In this document: positions 26,061 through 32,000 of the stretch, piece after piece
Numbering within the stretch: the stretch's first letter is position 1
How the letters are laid out: every line of letters begins with the position of its first letter
Source of the DNA: Nitrospirota bacterium
GTDB lineage: Bacteria > Nitrospirota > Thermodesulfovibrionia > Thermodesulfovibrionales > JdFR-88
Length of the DNA stretch: 32,000 nt
Assembly: GCA_021813405.1 (NCBI GenBank)
Contig: JAKAKS010000039.1
Location: forward strand, 11,451-43,450
Reading direction: 5' to 3'
The notes under the pieces: model-generated
Databases searched by the model: none
What the model saw: the letters and a program-made list of their open reading frames with translations, nothing else
Told to the model about the DNA's origin: nothing
Program-made: the position numbers and the translations under genes

Positions 26061-26789
26061 ATGGATTTAATGCCCTTTTGCATAAGCGCCAAGACGATAC
26101 CGGACGCATGGTTCCAGCTTGTATATAACCTGTTCGACAGGGCCTACGAGCAGAAGATACAGAAGGGCTCTTTTGAAAACGAGCAGTACAGGCTCCAGTA
26201 CCCCTCCATGGCGGTGCACATAGAACGCCCCTGGGAAGACATGGTGCCGGTGATGCCGCCGGGCTCATCCATCCCTGCGCCCACCTCAATGGATTACATC
26301 GAGGACTATTTCGCAAATTACCTTATGGACCCGCAGCTTGCGGAGAACGAGACATACAGGTACTCCTCCAGGATACATAACCCGATGCCTAAAGGGGGCA
26401 CACAGTTTGAGCGCGTTATTGAGATGCTAAAGGAAACCCCGCTAACCAATCAGGCAGTTGTAGAGATAGGAGCCCCAACAGACCTGGACGTTTGCATCGG
26501 AAATGACGGCAAGCTGGACCCGCCTTGTTTACGGCTGCTGGACTTCAAGGCCGTGCCATCTGAAGTGAATAATCTTGTGCTAACCGTCTCCTGCTATTTC
26601 CGGTCGTGGGACCTGTGGGCCGGATTCCCCACAAACCTTGGCGGTATAGAGCTTTTAAAGCAATACGCCGCCCAGGAGGCCGGGCTTCAAAACGGCCCAA
26701 TGTACGCTTACAGCGCCGGCGCGCACATTTACGGCTACCAGGAAGACCTGGCCAGGCTGCGCACGCTCCGGATTAAAAAACCGCAATAG
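26061..26789 (+). CDS. Short thymidylate-synthase-family protein (resembles the archaeal-type short ThyA)
   Basis: ISAKTIPDAWFQLVYNLF; catalytic-Cys-like DPPCLRLLDF; TVSCYFRSWDLWAGFPTNLGGIELLKQYAAQEAGL matches the ThyA motif YQRSCDVFLGLPFNI...LL; AGAHIYGYQEDLARL. Confidence 0.75.
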   Translation: MDLMPFCISAKTIPDAWFQLVYNLFDRAYEQKIQKGSFENEQYRLQYPSMAVHIERPWEDMVPVMPPGSSIPAPTSMDYIEDYFANYLMDPQLAENETYRYSSRIHNPMPKGGTQFERVIEMLKETPLTNQAVVEIGAPTDLDVCIGNDGKLDPPCLRLLDFKAVPSEVNNLVLTVSCYFRSWDLWAGFPTNLGGIELLKQYAAQEAGLQNGPMYAYSAGAHIYGYQEDLARLRTLRIKKPQ

Positions 26790-26793
26790 CTTC

Positions 26794-26822
26794 AGTCATT
26801 CCGGCTTGCCCGGAATCGTTCT
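26794..26822. repeat. Palindromic repeat GTCATTCCGG-cttgc-CCGGAATC between the ThyA-like and kinase genes
   Basis: AGTCATTCCGGCTTGCCCGGAATCGTTCT; ATTCCGG/CCGGAAT arms; related to the element at 20231-20300. Confidence 0.6.
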
Positions 26823-26850
26823 CTATCTGGATTTTTGCTACACTCTGTTT

Positions 26851-27384
26851 ATGGGTTTTGCAGTGTGGATAACCGGGCTGCCCGGCAGCGGCAAAAGCTC
26901 CGTCGCGGAGGAGCTTAAAAGGAAATTCCCGGAGCTGGTGATACTGCGGATGGACGAGATGCGCAAGTTTGCCACCCCTGCCCCATCCTATTCCGAAGCG
27001 GAAAGGGAGGTGATTTACGGCAGTCTGGTTTTTGCCGCCCGGAAAATATCGTCACTGGGGCACGGCGTGATTATAGATGCAACCGGCAACCTGCGCAGGT
27101 GGCGGGAGCTTGCCAGGCGCAACATACCCAATTTTGCGGAAGTATACCTTTACTGCCCTGTTGAGTTATGCATGCAGAGGGAGAGGGGCCGGGCGGGGGC
27201 GCACTCCGCGCCCGTTGGCATTTATGATAAAGCAAAGCAGGGCTGGCCGGTGCCCGGCATTAATGTCCCCTACGAGGAACCCGAAAACCCGGAGTTGACC
27301 ATAGACACCGGGCGCCTGTCTGTTGAAGAAGCAGCGCGGCTTGCGGAAGCTCTGATTAAAAAACTATCTGATGGCCCCGCTTAA
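26851..27384 (+). CDS. CysC-like (adenylylsulfate kinase family) P-loop kinase (start revised to ATG at 26851)
   Basis: AVWITGLPGSGKSSVAEEL, DEMRKF, GVIIDATGNLRRWRELARR, YLYCPVELCMQRE, GIYDKAKQGWPVPGINVPYEEPENPELTIDT. Track start 26806 lies in the palindromic repeat. Confidence 0.8.
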   Translation: MGFAVWITGLPGSGKSSVAEELKRKFPELVILRMDEMRKFATPAPSYSEAEREVIYGSLVFAARKISSLGHGVIIDATGNLRRWRELARRNIPNFAEVYLYCPVELCMQRERGRAGAHSAPVGIYDKAKQGWPVPGINVPYEEPENPELTIDTGRLSVEEAARLAEALIKKLSDGPA

Positions 27385-28569
27385 GCTTAACCGGTCCACA
27401 TGCTCTGCTTTTTTAATCAGTTCCCGAGCCTGGCCCACCTTTTCCCATATGCCGCACATCATCGCCCCGCGCACCCTGCCGTCTTCAAGGTAATAAACAG
27501 TGCCGGTTTCGTTCTCCTTTGTCCAGTCAGCGTATGTTTCAAGCCTGGCGTCCACATCGCCTACGGCCTCATACCCAAACTCGAACAGGTCGGAGAAGAA
27601 GTACGGCATGTAATCGTACCGCTCGTGCGCGCCAGCCATATTTCTGCCGGCCTGTTTTCCCTGGTTAAGCGCGTTGTCCCAGTGCTCCAGGCGCACCCTT
27701 TTGCCAAGGGCCGTGTAAGGGAAATTGGCGATATCTCCGGCAGCGTATATGCCCGGGCTGGAGGTTTCCAGGTATTCATTAACCACAATTCCGTTTTCGA
27801 TGCCCAGGGATGCGCTTTCGGCCAAACCGGCCTCGGGTGTTATCCCGATACCGGCAATTACGATTTCAGAATTTATGAGCCTGCCCTTGCCGGTGCGTAC
27901 CGCAAAACTTTTGCCTTTTCTCTCAATCGATGCGGGAGTATCCCTGTTTATTATGTTTACTCCGCGGTTCATGAATTCCTGCTGCACGGCATTGCCAAGG
28001 TAATCTGGAAACACCCGGTCCACAATATAATCACCAGGGAAAAGCATGGTCACATTCACGCCGTTAACGGAGAGAGCGGCAGCAATCTCCGAGCCGATAA
28101 ACCCTCCGCCGATCACCGTTGCGCTTGCCCCCTGCACGCTCTTTTGCCTTGTGGAAAGGTAATCGTCCAGAGTCCTGAAGTAGCACACGCCCTCCAGTTC
28201 ACCACCAGGGATGGAAAGCCTTCGCGGGATGCCGCCCGTGGCTATCAGGAGTTTTTTGTATAAATGGCTTTCGCCCTTTTCATCCATCACCGTTTTTTCC
28301 CGTGCATTCATAGAAACGATTTTTCTGCCTGTAAGCAGTACCACGCCGTTGTCGTCATAATACTTCCGGTCCTTTATGAATATATCCTCAACTTTTTTCT
28401 TGCCGAACCACAGCTTTTTTGTAAGCGGAGGCCGGTCGTATGGAAGGTGCTGCTCCGCCCCGGCAAGGAGGACAGGGCCGTTTTTGTCTAGTTCCCTAAT
28501 GCCCGCCACGGCCGATGCCCCTGCCAATCCGCCGCCTATTATGATGTACTCATATGCCCTTGCAGCCAT
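27364..28569 (-). CDS. FAD-dependent NAD(P)H oxidoreductase (rubredoxin/ferredoxin reductase or AIF-like)
   Basis: YIIIGGGLAGASAVAGIRE, ATVIGGGFIGSEIAAALSVNGVNVTM, GIYAAGDIANFP, RLEHWDNALNQGKQAGRNM. Confidence 0.9.
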   Translation of the reverse strand: MAARAYEYIIIGGGLAGASAVAGIRELDKNGPVLLAGAEQHLPYDRPPLTKKLWFGKKKVEDIFIKDRKYYDDNGVVLLTGRKIVSMNAREKTVMDEKGESHLYKKLLIATGGIPRRLSIPGGELEGVCYFRTLDDYLSTRQKSVQGASATVIGGGFIGSEIAAALSVNGVNVTMLFPGDYIVDRVFPDYLGNAVQQEFMNRGVNIINRDTPASIERKGKSFAVRTGKGRLINSEIVIAGIGITPEAGLAESASLGIENGIVVNEYLETSSPGIYAAGDIANFPYTALGKRVRLEHWDNALNQGKQAGRNMAGAHERYDYMPYFFSDLFEFGYEAVGDVDARLETYADWTKENETGTVYYLEDGRVRGAMMCGIWEKVGQARELIKKAEHVDRLSLSGAIR

Positions 28570-28736
28570 ATCGCACCTCCTTATAAAAATCCTTATGCAA
28601 TTGTATCAGTTTTGAAATAGTTTAAAAGCGTCTGGGCTTTTTCCATTCAATTAATCTTATTAATTTTTTGGACCTTTTTTGCCTGGCGGCCTGATTGGAA
28701 TTGCCGCGCCCATAGCGTAATCGGTTAAAATGTCAG

Positions 28737-30458
28737 ATGCCTTCAATCAGGGTGCTTCCGTTGGAGATAAGAGACAGGCTCAGGGCCGGAGAGGTCATAG
28801 AGCGGCCTGTCTCAGCGCTTAAAGAACTCCTGGAAAACTCCATAGATGCCGGGGCCACCCGCATAAGGGTGGACATCTCCGGCGGCGGGAAACGGCTTCT
28901 CAGGGTCTGGGACGACGGCTGCGGCATGGCCCCGGAAGATGCCCTCCTGAGCCTGGAAAGACACGCCACAAGCAAGATATCAGACTCGGAGGAACTGGAT
29001 TGCATCAGAACGCTTGGCTTCAGGGGAGAGGCGCTGCCATCAATTGCGCTTGTAAGCCGGTTCAGGCTGGATACCGCCCTGCGGGGCTCCGGCGAGGGCG
29101 TAAGCATAGAGGCCGAAGGCGGGCGGGTGATATCCACCAGGCCATCCGCTGCATCGGGCACCGCCATAGAGGTAAATGACCTTTTTTTCAACACTCCGGC
29201 CAGAAAGAATTTCCTGAAATCCGATACCGCCGAGAACGCCAGGATGCTGGACATAACGACAAAATACGCCATGGCGCATCCGGCAATAGGTTTTACCGTG
29301 TTTGCCGATGGTAAGGAGAATATGGCTTTCCCCCCGGCCGCCGATGAAAGGGAAAGGCTGGCACAGATATACGGCGCGGAATTTCTTGATGGGCTTCACG
29401 ACCTGCAGGCAAAAACAAAGGGGATTTCACTAAGGCTTTTTTTGTCCAAAGAGGGCAACTGGCGGGCAAGCCGCTCCGGCCAGTTACTTTTCATAAATGG
29501 AAGGCCGGTAAAAGACAACTCGCTTACTTACGCGGTATATGCAGCGCATGCCGGGCTGCCATCCGGAAAGCACCCGGTCTTTTTTATCTTCCTTTCGGTG
29601 GACCCGGCCCTCATAGATGTAAACGTGCACCCAAGGAAAGAGGAGATACGCTTCAGGGACAAGGACGCGGCGTACAGGTTTTTAATGCGGTCTGCCAGGG
29701 ACGCGCTTGCTTCAGGCGCTTCCTCCACGGTTATCGTAAGGCCGCGGGAAGCAGTATGGATACCGTCTTCGCCCGGAAGCGGCCAACCGGGGACTTCCGG
29801 CTTTCAGACCACAGGCAATGCAGGTGCTGATTATCTTAAGGCGTCCGAAGCGCCAGCTGCATTGCCACTTATGCCTGAAAAAAAGATGCAGTGCGGATAT
29901 ATCCATCTGGGCGGGGCTTTTTCAGCGTGGTCCGAGGGCGACGGCGTTACGATTATAGACCGGCACGCCTGCCATGAACGCGTGCTTTATGAGAAGCTGT
30001 TAAAAAGCGGTCCAAATGCGCCTGGCAATCTCCTATTTCCGCTTCGGATAGGGCTTGCCCCGCATGAATACTCCGTGATCACGACGAACCTGCCGCTTCT
30101 AAACGAACTGGACATCGAGGCCGAGGACTTCGGCGCTGGCAGCGTGCTTCTGCGGGCCGTTCCCGCCAGCCTAGCTGGCTCGCCGCTTTCAGCTTCCGAG
30201 TGGTGCAGTATCTTGTCAGACCTTGCTCATGAAATAAACGAGATGGGCAGCGCGGAGCCGGAGATGAAGAAGGCCGTTGCGGCCAGGCTTGCCTGCCACA
30301 GTTCCGTCCGCGGCGCCGAAGAGCTTTCTAGCGTGGAACTTGATAGGCTCCTTGAAAACCTGTTTTCCTGTGAGGACCCGTATCATTGCCCGCATGGAAG
30401 GCCCACGCTTATCAAGCTGGGCAAAGTGGACCTTGAAAAGATGTTCAGGCGCAAATAG
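28737..30458 (+). CDS. mutL: DNA mismatch repair protein MutL
   Basis: IRDRLRAGEVIERPVSALKELLENSIDAGATRI, DDGCGM, LERHATSKI, TLGFRGEALPSIA, FFNTPARKNFLKS, DVNVHPRKEEIRF; C-term ACHSSVRG...CPHGRPTLIKL. Confidence 0.97.
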   Translation: MPSIRVLPLEIRDRLRAGEVIERPVSALKELLENSIDAGATRIRVDISGGGKRLLRVWDDGCGMAPEDALLSLERHATSKISDSEELDCIRTLGFRGEALPSIALVSRFRLDTALRGSGEGVSIEAEGGRVISTRPSAASGTAIEVNDLFFNTPARKNFLKSDTAENARMLDITTKYAMAHPAIGFTVFADGKENMAFPPAADERERLAQIYGAEFLDGLHDLQAKTKGISLRLFLSKEGNWRASRSGQLLFINGRPVKDNSLTYAVYAAHAGLPSGKHPVFFIFLSVDPALIDVNVHPRKEEIRFRDKDAAYRFLMRSARDALASGASSTVIVRPREAVWIPSSPGSGQPGTSGFQTTGNAGADYLKASEAPAALPLMPEKKMQCGYIHLGGAFSAWSEGDGVTIIDRHACHERVLYEKLLKSGPNAPGNLLFPLRIGLAPHEYSVITTNLPLLNELDIEAEDFGAGSVLLRAVPASLAGSPLSASEWCSILSDLAHEINEMGSAEPEMKKAVAARLACHSSVRGAEELSSVELDRLLENLFSCEDPYHCPHGRPTLIKLGKVDLEKMFRRK

Positions 30459-31580
30459 ATGCCAGAGGCGGTTTACATAAGAAAAGCATCTTACGATTAC
30501 GACCGGCTGGAACCGGTTGTATTCGAGCTGCTGGAAGGCACGCTTGCCGGCCGTATAACGCCCGGAATGAATGTGATTTTAAAACCAAACCTCCTTGCCC
30601 CGGCTGCCCCCCAAACAGCCATTGCAACACATCCCCTTATTGTGAGGGCCGCGGCAGGATACGTGCTTTCAAAGGGCGGCAGGGTAACCATCTCGGACAG
30701 CCCGGCCATCGGCTCCTTTGAAAGGGTAATCAGCACAACAGGCCTCAAGGAGGCACTGAGCGGCCTGGATGTGGATTTCCGCCAATTCAAGACGTCAGCA
30801 GAGGTAGTTTCTGACGGGCCGTTTAAAAAGCTGGAGCTTGCCAGAGAGGCGCTTGAGGCCGGGCTTGTAATAAATCTGCCGAAGCTGAAAACCCATGCGC
30901 AGATGACGCTTACGGCCGGTGTGAAAAACCTGTTTGGCTGCGTAGTGGGGATGAAGAAGCCTCAATGGCACTTCCGCACCGGCGTGGACAGGCAGATGTT
31001 CGCCATGTTGCTGCTGGAAATTTACAAGGCAATCTCGCCGGCGGCCACGCTTGTTGACGGGATAATGGCAATGGAAGGGCATGGCCCGGGCAGAAGCGGC
31101 ACGCCGCGCCAGTTGGGGGTGCTTCTGGCCTCCAGAGATGCCGTCCGCCTGGACTGGGCCATATCAACAATGCTTGGGCTGGACCCAGAAATTGTCCCTA
31201 CCTGCAAGGCCGCAAAGGAGGCAGGGCTTGCCCCCGAAAATTTCATTGTAACCGGAGATGTCACGGCGGACACTTTACTGGCGGCTGATTTCAAGTTCCC
31301 GGATCCGGAGGGGCTTGTTTTTGGCCCTGGGCCGATGAAGGGATTTTTACGGAAACACCTTGTCAAGCAGCCTGTTGAGGACCCGGGCCTCTGCAAACTT
31401 TGCGGCGAATGCTGGAAATACTGCCCGGCCCACGCACTTGAGAAAAAAGGGCGCAGGCTTTCCTTTGACTACGAAAAATGCATAAGATGTTACTGCTGCC
31501 TGGAGGTGTGCCCGCAAGGGGCCATCTCCGCCAGACATACCCTGTTGGGGCTATTGATAGGAAAGTTATTCGGCAAATGA
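30459..31580 (+). CDS. DUF362 protein with C-terminal 2x[4Fe-4S] ferredoxin domain
   Basis: ILKPNLLAP, INLPKLKTHAQMTLTAGVKNLFGCVVG, CKLCGECWKYCPAHAL, CIRCYCCLEVCPQGAI; ATG abuts the mutL stop codon. Confidence 0.9.
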   Translation: MPEAVYIRKASYDYDRLEPVVFELLEGTLAGRITPGMNVILKPNLLAPAAPQTAIATHPLIVRAAAGYVLSKGGRVTISDSPAIGSFERVISTTGLKEALSGLDVDFRQFKTSAEVVSDGPFKKLELAREALEAGLVINLPKLKTHAQMTLTAGVKNLFGCVVGMKKPQWHFRTGVDRQMFAMLLLEIYKAISPAATLVDGIMAMEGHGPGRSGTPRQLGVLLASRDAVRLDWAISTMLGLDPEIVPTCKAAKEAGLAPENFIVTGDVTADTLLAADFKFPDPEGLVFGPGPMKGFLRKHLVKQPVEDPGLCKLCGECWKYCPAHALEKKGRRLSFDYEKCIRCYCCLEVCPQGAISARHTLLGLLIGKLFGK

Positions 31581-32000
31581 AAGAGGCGGGTGGTCCGGAC
31601 AGACAAAAAAGCGGTGATGGGTCTTATTCTGAAAAGCTGTATTTAAGCAATCTGGTGGTCCTTTTTGCCGGTTTCATATTTGGCCTTGCTGCGGCATATG
31701 CCTTTAATTCTATGGGGATTAATCCGTCAGGCAGCCTTGAAGAGGCAAGGAGGCTGGGGATAGCCAGCGCAACTACGCTCAGGGGCTATTCCAAAACAAA
31801 GGATGTTTTGACGTATGTCTCGGTTTTTGGCTTTCCCGTCCTGTTTTCATGTGCATTCTGGCTGCTATGGGCAAACACCGGCAGGCGGGCGGGCCTTGCC
31901 AGGATTTTAGAAGAAAAGGAAAGCGGCGGGCCGGATGTTTTTGGCGCGCACGGGGAACACCGCTGGTTCTGGCGGCTTGCCCTGCCGGCCATGATAGTCA
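31577..32000 (+). CDS. Uncharacterised membrane protein, truncated by the window edge
   Basis: Open frame from ATG 31577: MKEAGGPDRQKSGDGSYSEKLYLSNLVVLFAGFIFGLAAAYAFNSMGI...DVLTYVSVFGFPVLFSCAFWLLWAN...WFWRLALPAMIV with no stop before 32000; ATGA overlap with the DUF362 gene. Confidence 0.75.
   Translation, partial: MKEAGGPDRQKSGDGSYSEKLYLSNLVVLFAGFIFGLAAAYAFNSMGINPSGSLEEARRLGIASATTLRGYSKTKDVLTYVSVFGFPVLFSCAFWLLWANTGRRAGLARILEEKESGGPDVFGAHGEHRWFWRLALPAMIV

Noticed and set aside
26806-26850. N-terminal extension of the CysC-like kinase
   Set aside because: Begins inside a palindromic repeat; the kinase fold starts MGFAVWITGLPGSGKSS at 26851.
1-32000. CRISPR arrays, rRNA, tRNA genes, transposases or phage structural genes
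   Set aside because: No regularly spaced repeats, tRNA TPsiC-like segments with cloverleaf, rRNA signatures or transposase motifs were recognised by eye; tRNAscan-SE and Infernal would be needed to exclude small RNAs.

Overview
32 kb of a bacterial chromosome, mostly dense housekeeping genes with clear family motifs. Minus-strand block: GAF/PAS sensor, hisS, divIVA-like, yggT, proC, yggS. Plus-strand block: DUF4382 lipoprotein, two secreted tandem-rhodanese paralogs, queH, DUF2905, spoIID-like, queA, phoH, HD membrane protein, ybeY, DgkA-PAP2 fusion. Later: xerC/D-like recombinase, a short thymidylate-synthase homolog, a CysC-like kinase, an NAD(P)H/FAD reductase, mutL, and a DUF362-ferredoxin protein. 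The best feature hidden from the ORF track is a selenoprotein formate dehydrogenase. The track splits it in two (16887..17945 and 17958..19574) at an in-frame TGA (17943-17945) in the context NCARV[U]HAPTVAG. A bacterial SECIS-like hairpin GUGGCC-GGUCU-GGCCAC follows, with its loop starting 18 nt after the UGA. Downstream are an FmdE-like protein and a MoeA-like protein with a C-terminal Cys cluster. Least explained are a three-gene minus-strand module of exported proteins (21730-24607) flanked by non-coding DNA, and a palindromic GTCATTCCGG...CCGGAATC element seen at about 20.23 kb and about 26.80 kb. No CRISPR array, rRNA or tRNA was recognised. All family calls come from reading motifs, not from database searches.
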